DNA of 59,494 nt from a virus (lineage: Duplodnaviria > Caudoviricetes), in IMG/VR virus record IMGVR_UViG_3300042991_000196, positions 1-59,494 of that record; one strand, written 5' to 3'. A program made the position numbers and the translations under genes. Shown in pieces: positions 51,192 through 59,494 of this stretch; position 1 is the first letter of the stretch, and each line of letters begins with the position of its first letter. The notes beneath the pieces are model-generated. The model saw nothing but the letters and a program-made list of their open reading frames with translations, was not told the DNA's origin and ran no database searches.

Positions 51192-51827
51192 CTAATCCAA
51201 GGTGATAATGTTCAAATTAAGGAGTTCAAAAAAGCACCGCTTGGTTGCACTGATGTCAGCGAAGGCATCATGTGCAGAATCAAAACCTTCGGCAAATAAG
51301 ATCTGATGAAGTTCAATGAGCTTGGGCCATTTCGGGCGATTAGCTTTATTTTTTAATCCGCAAAATTTAACAACTGCTTTATCTTTCATTGTACAATATC
51401 CAGGTAAATCAAGATAGAATGCAGATCGAGCTTCATCAGAAAGTTCATCAATATTTCTTTCCATTAGATGTCTTGCATATTGAATATCAAAATCAAGATT
51501 ATGACAAACCATCAAGTCAGCTTGACGAAGCAGTAGGCCAAATTGTTCTGCCGCTTCAAGTTCTTCAATGCCTTCTGAATCTGCCTGATCAACTGATATA
51601 CCATGAACTTCTTGTGCAAATGGATTCATTGATCTACCATTCGCTTTGATGATTGTATTCATCTTTGCAAAATCTTCATTTTGATTTGCTAATATTGCAC
51701 CAATTTGAACTGTCCATGCTTGATCTGAATGAGCGGCTGAAAGATTCTTTTTAATGAATCCTGATGTTTCAGTATCAAAAAACAGAATCTTAGTCTCATC
51801 GTTCAAGCTAATTGTCTTAAGTGGCAT
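51192..51827 (-). CDS. DEDDh (DnaQ-like) 3'-5' exonuclease
   Basis: FDTETSG, HNLDFD, AHDAFAD. Confidence 0.9.
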   Translation of the reverse strand: MPLKTISLNDETKILFFDTETSGFIKKNLSAAHSDQAWTVQIGAILANQNEDFAKMNTIIKANGRSMNPFAQEVHGISVDQADSEGIEELEAAEQFGLLLRQADLMVCHNLDFDIQYARHLMERNIDELSDEARSAFYLDLPGYCTMKDKAVVKFCGLKNKANRPKWPKLIELHQILFAEGFDSAHDAFADISATKRCFFELLNLNIITLD

Positions 51828-51845
51828 AGTAATAAATCCTTTGAA

Positions 51846-53105
51846 TTATTTTTGTTTAAGTAAGTTTCTATCCATTAACCTGAAAACAGTTTCATCTAAG
51901 TAATCAGAACGATCAATTTCTACTTTAGTTTTGATTGTAGTATATCTTGATGATGTTGCTGAACATTCAGCTTTGATTAAGCCTGACTGCTCGGCCATTT
52001 CAACATATCCGCGAAGTTGTGGTATATTATCTACATCAAGATGAAAATTCCGTGTAAGTTCAGTCCAATCAAAATATTCATGTGAATCAATAAAAGTAAG
52101 GAATTTCGCATAAACATTTGCTTGACTTGATAATCCAAGACCATAAAAAGCATTTGGCATTTCTTGTTCAGTTATTTGAAGAATAGCTAATGCTTTTTCA
52201 AAATGTTTATCAGTTATAATCATGTCATTTGATTCAGCTGCTGAAATTAACATACATATTTTATTAAGATGTAGTGGCCGGCGATGATTATAGCCGAGAA
52301 ATTTATCCGATATGACTCCTGATGCATCATAATCTTGTTCATACCAACGAACATATACTTTAAGAAATTCCTTTGATAAGATAAATGGCCCAGATAAGTT
52401 TGCTATTTCCTGAAGATCATTTTCAAGATTACGAATAATTTCTTCCTCTTCTTCAGTTAGGAATTGTAATGCCGTTCGTTGCTTTGGGCCATTTCCAACA
52501 ACGAAAATAATTCGCGAGATCAATCCGCCGCCTACAGCATCTTGACTTAACTTTGCTTGAAGTAAACTTGGCGTTATAGCACCAATGATTGTTAGCCAGC
52601 AATTAGATAGGTCTTCACTTTTTCTTGTAAGCGTCTTATACGTCCAAGAATCAGAACAATCAAAAAGATCAGTCAGAGATGAGATGAGCATTTGATCTCG
52701 ATCAGAAAGAAAGACTTGAAATTCCTCAGACCAGATCGAGACACTTTTATGTTTTTTGGTTAGTCCTTGTGGATCAACATAACTATCTTCTGAATCCATA
52801 ATTTCTTTATAAAGTGCCTGTGTTGACCCGAGTGAATCTGCTCCTATTGGTACATTTAATGTTTGAACGATTGATTTGGCAATTTTCATTGCCGTTCCTT
52901 TCCGACCTCCAGGCGGACCAACTAATGAAACAAATAGATTAGGATATACAAAGCCTCTTAAAGCGCCCCAATTACAGTAACACTTTCTCCTTAGTGCAGA
53001 TGAAATAGCTGTTAATCCAGACCAGAGATGATACAATTCTGGCGGCTCTGTTCGTTGAGTATATTTCATGTAAAATTCTAACCAGTCTGATAATTGTCTT
53101 GACAT
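51846..53105 (-). CDS. DUF3987/YfjI-type AAA+ helicase
   Basis: PNLFVSLVGPPGGRKGT, SEEF, LTDLFD, GGGLISR. Confidence 0.8.
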   Translation of the reverse strand: MSRQLSDWLEFYMKYTQRTEPPELYHLWSGLTAISSALRRKCYCNWGALRGFVYPNLFVSLVGPPGGRKGTAMKIAKSIVQTLNVPIGADSLGSTQALYKEIMDSEDSYVDPQGLTKKHKSVSIWSEEFQVFLSDRDQMLISSLTDLFDCSDSWTYKTLTRKSEDLSNCWLTIIGAITPSLLQAKLSQDAVGGGLISRIIFVVGNGPKQRTALQFLTEEEEEIIRNLENDLQEIANLSGPFILSKEFLKVYVRWYEQDYDASGVISDKFLGYNHRRPLHLNKICMLISAAESNDMIITDKHFEKALAILQITEQEMPNAFYGLGLSSQANVYAKFLTFIDSHEYFDWTELTRNFHLDVDNIPQLRGYVEMAEQSGLIKAECSATSSRYTTIKTKVEIDRSDYLDETVFRLMDRNLLKQK

Positions 53106-53168
53106 ATTTGAATAGCCTTTTATCTTAAAGCATGATATATTGTTGATAACTGATTATTAACTATTTCC

Positions 53169-55694
53169 TTAAAATCCGATTTTTTGAATTGCTTTATCAA
53201 CTGATTCTTGATTGAATTGTGATATGTCTGCTGTATTACCAGCCCACTGAGTGCCAATCTTGGCATCTAATCCTATTGTAAAACTTTTGCCTTTGTATGT
53301 AAATGTGTGTGTCATATGATCTTTAATGATTAAAAGAATGTTTAGCAGATTTGGTATTTGAGATTTATGAAATTGAAATAAGACTGAATCATGTACAGTT
53401 GTAAGCATTCTAATATCATAATTATTTTTACCTAATCTTTGATCATTTACACATTTAATTAGTCCACGATTAAGGAGTTCTGCCACAGTTGATTGAGGTT
53501 TGTAACTATAAGCATTTCTAAATAGTGCAGGATTCATTTCGCCAAGAAATTTCTTTGGCCTACCAAAAAGGTTAAATAATGTTCTTGTTGTCTGAACTTC
53601 TTCTTCAATAGATTTATGCCAACGCTTTAGTCCAGGAAATCTATCAGTATAATTTTGAAGAAGTTTTTTGCATTCTCCTTGAGACATAAAGATTTCTTCT
53701 TTAGCTAAATTATCAGAGAATGTTTGTGGACCCATACTGTAATTACTGGCATGAACTACCTTTTTGCCCATGTAACGCATTGTTGACTTTTGATCTTCTT
53801 TATTTGCTTTTGCTTCTGCAATAACTTCTTCAATAGGCACATGAAAGATTTTACTTGCATTAAAACTATGTACATCAATATTACTGAGAAATGATTCAAT
53901 CATATTTGTATCTTGCGCTAAGTATGCAACTACATGAGCCTCGGCCTTCGCTAAGTCACATTCACATAAAATCCAATCAGGATCAGCAGTGAGAAAGTAT
54001 TTGAAAACATACGGAATGTTCTGGAGGTTGCTTCCAGTTCCGAAATAAGTTGCCTCAGTAGCAATTCTACCTGAAACAGTACCAGAAATTTTGTGATTAC
54101 ATCGAAGTTTCTTATCTTCGTCAACTGAAATGTTAAAGTAAGTAGATACAAGTTTAGCATATTTTCTAATTTTAATTATGATCTTTGCTTCAGTAGAACC
54201 TTTACCACCATTCTTTGCAATTCGATGTAAGGCTACTGAATCACATGAAGCATTACCTGTATCACGGTTAATGTATGGTTTAATCATACAAATACCATAA
54301 AAATATGCAATCATTTGTTTTGCAGATGCAGAGTTTAGTTCTTGTCCAGCTATTTCATCAAGCTGTTTCTGTAATGCGATGATTTTTTCCTCATAATCTG
54401 CCTTAGTTTTTTTAATGCCTTCAGTATCAGTTAATATTCCATTAAATTCCATTTCCATCAGGGGCTTATGTAAATCCATAGTATAATCTAATGCGTCTGT
54501 AGCATTAAATTCTTCAAGCTCCTTGATGAGTGCTTCAGAAATAGGAAGTAAATAAGCAGAATCTTTTGCATTGTAAGTCCAATATTGCGGCCAATCCTTA
54601 ATAACTTTCAGGTGGGATAATTTTCCATCATCTTTATAATAAGGATAGTAAGTATAACATGAAGTTAAATAGTCTAAACCTTTGGGCAAATCAGTATAGC
54701 ATATATGTTGTGCAAGCATTGTATCAAAATAAAAGTTTTCTGTTTTAATATCCATTGTTCTTAAAATGAACATTATATCAAACATTCCATTTTGAAGAAT
54801 TTTCTTGATATTTTCAGCAGCTAATATTTTTGCACATCCAAGCCAAATCTTCACTTCTTCTTCAACAGACCAATAACTTCCTTGATTATTCATCAAAGGA
54901 ATGCACATACTTTTGATTTTACCTTCATCATATACAGCAAAAGAAAAGCATGTGATAAATTTTGGGGTTGCTTCAATATCAAAGGCAACGAACTCTTTAG
55001 ATTGAACAAGAGCATAAAATTGCATAACTTTTTCAAATCCAGGCTGAATAATAATTTCTGTATTATCAACCAATAATGATGGGTCTTCAATGAGTTTGAG
55101 TGCTTTTGTAAAGTCTGCAATCATTGTATAGAAATGTACAGGTTTACCAGTAAAGGTGGTAAATGATGGATGGAAAGAAAAGCCTATAATCTTACCTGCA
55201 AGCTTTTCTTTTAGGTGCGGAAATTCTTCGGCATAATAGAATGATCCACGAAATTTTTGAATAGAATCAAATCTTGGTTCATCAATTAAAAGTCTCATGG
55301 CAGTATCACCAAGCAACATGATAACTTTGCCTGGAAATTCTGCTAATTCATCAATCAGGGCCATCTGAAGTTCACTCCATTTAGGATGTCTCCAGCCCTT
55401 ATCAGTCCAAAGTTTACTAACATTATTTTTTGGTAATTTTGCTTTACAAGCAGTAGTTAGATAAATTTGATATCTGGCTAATCTAACTGCGGCACAAATA
55501 CGATTAAACTGTGCTCCAGCAGGGCCAAGAAAAGGCTCGGCTTTTAATAGTTCGATGTCATTTGGAGCATCGCCGACCATAGCGATGATAGCAGTTTTAA
55601 TGTTATTTGTTGGTGGACATTCTACAGCAAGAATATCTAAAGAATTTTTCTGTAGACCTTGTTCTCCTGTAGGGTCTTTGGGAATAATCATCAT
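53169..55694 (-). CDS. polA: Family A DNA polymerase with N-terminal UDG-like and 3'-5' exo domains (start revised to MMIIPK)
   Basis: VGDAP..E..PF.G.AG, HPS; FDIE; NLQNIP; DLAKAE; R...K...HASNY; TVHDS. Confidence 0.93.
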   Translation of the reverse strand: MMIIPKDPTGEQGLQKNSLDILAVECPPTNNIKTAIIAMVGDAPNDIELLKAEPFLGPAGAQFNRICAAVRLARYQIYLTTACKAKLPKNNVSKLWTDKGWRHPKWSELQMALIDELAEFPGKVIMLLGDTAMRLLIDEPRFDSIQKFRGSFYYAEEFPHLKEKLAGKIIGFSFHPSFTTFTGKPVHFYTMIADFTKALKLIEDPSLLVDNTEIIIQPGFEKVMQFYALVQSKEFVAFDIEATPKFITCFSFAVYDEGKIKSMCIPLMNNQGSYWSVEEEVKIWLGCAKILAAENIKKILQNGMFDIMFILRTMDIKTENFYFDTMLAQHICYTDLPKGLDYLTSCYTYYPYYKDDGKLSHLKVIKDWPQYWTYNAKDSAYLLPISEALIKELEEFNATDALDYTMDLHKPLMEMEFNGILTDTEGIKKTKADYEEKIIALQKQLDEIAGQELNSASAKQMIAYFYGICMIKPYINRDTGNASCDSVALHRIAKNGGKGSTEAKIIIKIRKYAKLVSTYFNISVDEDKKLRCNHKISGTVSGRIATEATYFGTGSNLQNIPYVFKYFLTADPDWILCECDLAKAEAHVVAYLAQDTNMIESFLSNIDVHSFNASKIFHVPIEEVIAEAKANKEDQKSTMRYMGKKVVHASNYSMGPQTFSDNLAKEEIFMSQGECKKLLQNYTDRFPGLKRWHKSIEEEVQTTRTLFNLFGRPKKFLGEMNPALFRNAYSYKPQSTVAELLNRGLIKCVNDQRLGKNNYDIRMLTTVHDSVLFQFHKSQIPNLLNILLIIKDHMTHTFTYKGKSFTIGLDAKIGTQWAGNTADISQFNQESVDKAIQKIGF

Positions 55695-55695
55695 T

Positions 55696-55965
55696 TTATA
55701 ACCTATCCTTTTTAAGTTGTCCAGGATTTGGAGCTTTGATCTCATGTTTACAATCTAAGCAGAGATAGCTTTTTACTCGAATTATATTTGATGTTAAGAT
55801 ACCAACAGCAAAATTATAATCTGGTTCATTCTTATACCCATTCGGCCAACTTTTAGTTGCAAAGCCAATTTCTAAAGGTACAATATTTTTGTGCATACAA
55901 CAGAATTGTCCTTTATCTGGTGGCTTTTCTTCTGCCATTATTTTCCCTGCCTCATACTTTGGCAT
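55696..55965 (-). CDS. Small Zn-binding protein
   Basis: CMH..CLDC. Confidence 0.6.
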   Translation of the reverse strand: MPKYEAGKIMAEEKPPDKGQFCCMHKNIVPLEIGFATKSWPNGYKNEPDYNFAVGILTSNIIRVKSYLCLDCKHEIKAPNPGQLKKDRL

Positions 55966-56120
55966 ATTAATGCTCCATTAAAATATTTTCATACCTTGAC
56001 TACGCCAAAAGTTTTTTAAAGATAATAATTGATAATAAACTTGATCCATCCAAGCAAATTCATGTATCATATGTAATTTATGATATCTTTTTGATACAAT
56101 TAACATAAGTTTACTCTCCA

Positions 56121-57554
56121 TTAAAGTCCACTGATATCTGCTGAAATTCCAGTGTATTGTTCAAGTCGATGATAAAATTCTGGAATGTACTTTTGACTCT
56201 TATCACAACCAATAGGCATCATTCGAGCTTTTGCGGCACTAATAAGGCAGTTTCCTGAACCTGCAAAGGGACTTAAAAAGATAGTTCCTGGTTTACTTAA
56301 TGCCTTAAGAAAATGATCGTACAAAGCTATTGGTTTTTCCCATTGATGGATACGATTAGCTGCACTACCAGAATCAATGTTTATAGCACTTGATAGACTT
56401 GCAGTATTAAATTGAGCATTTCCTTTTCTAAATAGTAAGTACATTTCCCAGTTACTTACTAAGCATCGCTTAGGTTGATTTGTACTGCCGCCAGATTTTA
56501 CCCATGAGCCAGGTTGCTGAACTTGAAAGCCTATGTTTGAAGCAATTTTATTAATTTCTGTAAAGTGTTCTTTACCAGTCCAACACAGTACCCAACTTGC
56601 ATCAAGCATCTTTTGATAAATCAAGGGCAAGTAATTAAAATAAAACTCATAAAGTTCTTTTTCATCCCAATCAGTTGCCCTGCTTTCAATACCATTTGTT
56701 TTACCATAGTTTTCATTAAATCCGATTGCATATGGAGGATCAAGTTCAACCATTCCAACAGAATTATCAGGGATTTTATCTAAGAAACTTTTATAGTTTT
56801 CAGCTACATAAATAACATTAACACTTTGCAGTTCATTTTGTTCTTCCTGATCTTCAAGGGCATTTAAGTCAAATTGATCCTCAGACAGATTTTTATCAAC
56901 TGAAGAATTTTTATCTACTGAGGGTTTTGATGCCTTAGTCTTTTTAGGTGCCTTGAAATTACCTGATTGAAGTTCTTTCAAACGACCTTTTTCATCATCA
57001 GTAAAGTTGTCCATTCGCTGAATTGCAGTAGCCTGATTTCCGAATGCCTTATAAAGTTCTCTTGCACGGCCTTTAGTTGTTTGATCTTTTAATTCAGGGA
57101 AAATTTTCAATGCTTCAGCAAAAGCCAAATCAGTTGATAAGCCACCTAAACTACAATAAAGTCTTTTTGCAGTTTCTCTATAACCCCAAGTTTTGCCCTC
57201 TTTTTCTGCATGATCTTTCCAGTAATTATGAAGTTTATACTTGAGGTCTATTTCTTCATGCCAGGCAAATTCTTTCCGATCCATATTGGAAAGCATTTCA
57301 ATCAGGACATGGTCATCTTGAGTGATTCCGAAGACTACTCGTGTTTCAATAACTTCATGACCAAGACTTTTGAGTGCTTCAATTCTATGTGCACCATCAA
57401 TCAATACATTATCTTCATTAATTAAAATTGGTACTAATTGACCAACCATTTTAATTGAGTTAGCTAATGAAGTAATATCACCCAATGCAGTTCTTGCACG
57501 ATCTTTAATAATAATATCGGCAATTTGTCTTTCTTCTACTTGAAAAAGTTGCAT
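56121..57554 (-). CDS. ParB-like domain + HTH fused to N6A/N4C DNA methyltransferase
   Basis: LANSI..GQLVPI..IDGAHR; WGYRETAKRLYCS HTH; DPPY before HQWEKP and PFAGSG (beta class). Confidence 0.88.
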   Translation of the reverse strand: MQLFQVEERQIADIIIKDRARTALGDITSLANSIKMVGQLVPILINEDNVLIDGAHRIEALKSLGHEVIETRVVFGITQDDHVLIEMLSNMDRKEFAWHEEIDLKYKLHNYWKDHAEKEGKTWGYRETAKRLYCSLGGLSTDLAFAEALKIFPELKDQTTKGRARELYKAFGNQATAIQRMDNFTDDEKGRLKELQSGNFKAPKKTKASKPSVDKNSSVDKNLSEDQFDLNALEDQEEQNELQSVNVIYVAENYKSFLDKIPDNSVGMVELDPPYAIGFNENYGKTNGIESRATDWDEKELYEFYFNYLPLIYQKMLDASWVLCWTGKEHFTEINKIASNIGFQVQQPGSWVKSGGSTNQPKRCLVSNWEMYLLFRKGNAQFNTASLSSAINIDSGSAANRIHQWEKPIALYDHFLKALSKPGTIFLSPFAGSGNCLISAAKARMMPIGCDKSQKYIPEFYHRLEQYTGISADISGL

Positions 57555-57570
57555 ACTTTGTTTCCTTATT

Positions 57571-58137
57571 TTATGTCCATTGATTTACAATAGCCGAAGC
57601 TATTCCAGAATAAGTTTCACTACGATCTCTTTTTCGATTTTTACCTGGAGCCATTTTCCAAATTCTTTGTTCACGCCCAGATACTATGTTTGATGGTTTT
57701 AATGGTTTCAAATTATGTACAGCAAAACCTGTTTTTTTTGTTTCTCCATGGCCATGTTGCCAAGGCTGAATATAAAAAACATTAGGTAAATACTTAAAGA
57801 TAACACTCACTGGATTCTCAAGAGCAACTTTATCTGAATGTTCTTTGGCTTTATTCCATAACTGTTTTGTCCATTCTATTGCATCCAATCTTTTTTGATG
57901 CCTTGGCATACCTTTCCCATACCATCTATTACCACTTACGGCCAAAGCAGTGCAATCTGGATGTAATATAATTAAATCCCATCTTTGTAAAGGAAGAATC
58001 TTCATTATATCATCTTGATAATGCCATTCAGGATTACCACGAGTCTTTTTTATATCACAACTATAAGCTTCATGTCCGGCAAGTCTAAATGCTTTAGTTA
58101 ATATTTGACTCTCTTCACAGCCTATTAAAACTATCAT
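57571..58137 (-). CDS. Short phage DNA cytosine methyltransferase-like protein
   Basis: VLIGCEES..SCD..WDLII.HPDCT.L..SG..ENP..QPWQ.GH. Confidence 0.75.
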   Translation of the reverse strand: MIVLIGCEESQILTKAFRLAGHEAYSCDIKKTRGNPEWHYQDDIMKILPLQRWDLIILHPDCTALAVSGNRWYGKGMPRHQKRLDAIEWTKQLWNKAKEHSDKVALENPVSVIFKYLPNVFYIQPWQHGHGETKKTGFAVHNLKPLKPSNIVSGREQRIWKMAPGKNRKRDRSETYSGIASAIVNQWT

Positions 58138-58159
58138 TTTTATATGCCTATTATTTCCT

Positions 58160-58438
58160 TTAATTATTACTTAATTGTTTTTTGATTAGTTCAATTTGTT
58201 CTGGGGTTAGTTTAGCTAATGCAGCATTTGCTTTTTTAGTTATGTCTTTTGGTTGTCTAACTTTACCCGTACTTGAAGCTACTTTTTTCATTGCTGTTTT
58301 AGAAATGTTTTTTGCATTAACTAATGCTTCATTAAATGCTGAACTACGAATAGTTCTAATTCGTTCAATCAAACCTAATTGTTCAGTATAATGCATCTCT
58401 AAAAATGATTTGCAGTAAATTCTATCCATGAGTGGCAT
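58160..58438 (-). CDS. Basic protein with C-terminal ALAKLTPEQ motif
   Basis: Operon context. Confidence 0.7.
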   Translation of the reverse strand: MPLMDRIYCKSFLEMHYTEQLGLIERIRTIRSSAFNEALVNAKNISKTAMKKVASSTGKVRQPKDITKKANAALAKLTPEQIELIKKQLSNN

Positions 58439-58449
58439 AATTAATCACC

Positions 58450-58908
58450 TTACCAAAATCCTGGAGTATTTGAATATATATGCATAAACTTAAAAAAAGC
58501 ATCTGAGTCAATTTTTGACATCGTATCAACTTTTTTATCTTTATTAATAATATTCTTTTTAAGTTTTTCCAATAAGTTCAATGGACGATCATCAAGTTCA
58601 GGGAAATTCATTTCAGTATTGTAAAGATTGATCAAGCAGAATATGGCCGCGCCAAGGTGATGTTTTTCAATGTTATATTTTTCCTTTGCTTCTGGATCAT
58701 TTGACTCTAATTTGAAAAACCATGCAGTGAGATGGCGCATCAGCGCATCATACATTATGGTAGAATTAAATCCAAGTCTCCATGATTCACGCTGATACTT
58801 AATGATTCCTTCGCGATATGCAGGTTCAAGCATAGGAATTATAAGATCAAGCGGAATTAAGCTAACTTGAGACTTATCTTCGAGGGAATTATTCTTAGGT
58901 GCTGGCAT
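58450..58908 (-). CDS. dATP/dGTP diphosphohydrolase-like (DUF5664-type)
   Basis: SLIP..G..KY...W..G..YDALMRHL.AW..D.E..HL..A. Confidence 0.75.
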   Translation of the reverse strand: MPAPKNNSLEDKSQVSLIPLDLIIPMLEPAYREGIIKYQRESWRLGFNSTIMYDALMRHLTAWFFKLESNDPEAKEKYNIEKHHLGAAIFCLINLYNTEMNFPELDDRPLNLLEKLKKNIINKDKKVDTMSKIDSDAFFKFMHIYSNTPGFW

Positions 58909-58910
58909 AG

Positions 58911-59123
58911 TTATTCCTTACTAATGGAGGGTAAAGTTAAAGGTTGTTCTTTATAGAGATAGTCTGTAACTTCATTGAAACGATCTTCTTGAATAATTTT
59001 CTTCAAGGACATAAAAATACTCTTAAAAAATAATGTTTGTTGTCCATGGTAAAATTTATCATGAACTACTTCATATAAATCTTCCTCAATTCGTGCTGTT
59101 ATTTTACAATCTTTATCACTCAT
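58911..59123 (-). CDS. Small protein, possibly ribbon-helix-helix
   Basis: KITARIEEDLYE N-terminus. Confidence 0.5.
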   Translation of the reverse strand: MSDKDCKITARIEEDLYEVVHDKFYHGQQTLFFKSIFMSLKKIIQEDRFNEVTDYLYKEQPLTLPSISKE

Positions 59124-59493
59124 TTGGTTCCTCCTTAATTAGTTTCATTAGTTGTGCTTCGGTTAATTGTTTAACACCATACTTTATTGCTTTATTGATT
59201 TTAGTTTTTCCTGCATCATCACCAACAATTAGATAATTCGTATCCATTGTAACTGCAGCAGAAAAACCAAAACTAAAATCATTTAATAATTCAATCATTT
59301 CTTCACGAGGCATACTTAATGCCCCAGTAATGCAATATTTTATTTTAGCAATATCTGGAATGGGCGTAAACTTAAATACATTCATTTCTGCAATAGCATC
59401 TAAATAAATCATTACAGCAGAAGAAAAGTTGTTTTGTGCTTTAATAGGTATATTTCCAGAGAATTTTCCTGTCTTAACATATTGACATAGTTT
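59116..59493 (-). CDS. C-terminal BRCT part of a gene truncated by the window edge (probable NAD-dependent DNA ligase)
   Basis: CITG.L..R..V...TNYLIVG..G..K..KA..GV; frame stays open to the edge. Confidence 0.65.
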   Translation of the reverse strand, partial: KLCQYVKTGKFSGNIPIKAQNNFSSAVMIYLDAIAEMNVFKFTPIPDIAKIKYCITGALSMPREEMIELLNDFSFGFSAAVTMDTNYLIVGDDAGKTKINKAIKYGVKQLTEAQLMKLIKEEPNE

Positions 59494-59494
59494 A

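Noticed and set aside
58450-58908. 2-aminoadenine (Z) genome pathway
   Set aside because: No PurZ-like gene in the window; the diphosphohydrolase alone is insufficient, though missing sequence cannot be excluded
59116-59412. Stand-alone BRCT protein
   Set aside because: The frame is open to the window edge, so it is the end of a longer gene

Overview
The window is most of a tailed dsDNA phage genome with podovirus-type architecture; genes run off both edges, so it is incomplete. A non-coding switch region (~10.7-13.1 kb) holds GT-rich iteron-like repeats, an IHF-type site and four tandem leftward sigma70 promoters. It separates a minus-strand early arm (1-12.5 kb: small proteins, UvrD-like helicase with an intein, HNH, Cas4-like nuclease, Sak4-like ATPase) from a plus-strand late arm (13.1-47.3 kb). 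The late arm carries TerS/TerL, portal, a Tad2-like anti-defence protein, GroES, scaffold, capsid, a GC-richer lysis/tail-spike cassette, tail proteins and a 2294-aa ejection protein with ART and metallopeptidase domains. A minus-strand replication arm follows (47.3-59.5 kb: ThyX, RepB-type primase, two RepL-like paralogues, DEDDh exonuclease, DUF3987 helicase, UDG-PolA, ParB-methyltransferase fusion, second methyltransferase, dNTP diphosphohydrolase, BRCT end of a probable ligase). The most striking unexplained signals are four: (1) six dispersed 16-bp YGTTCA-N4-TGAACR palindromes, two bracketing the lysis/spike cassette, in a genome encoding a ParB-HTH-methyltransferase; (2) a dispersed CCATACGAAT/CCCCTGA repeat linked to GAA-triloop hairpins; (3) a family of 4-5 ribbon-helix-helix paralogues; (4) a C-terminal AL..L(S/T/P)PE motif shared by four proteins. 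All family calls come from motif recognition by eye; no database search was run.
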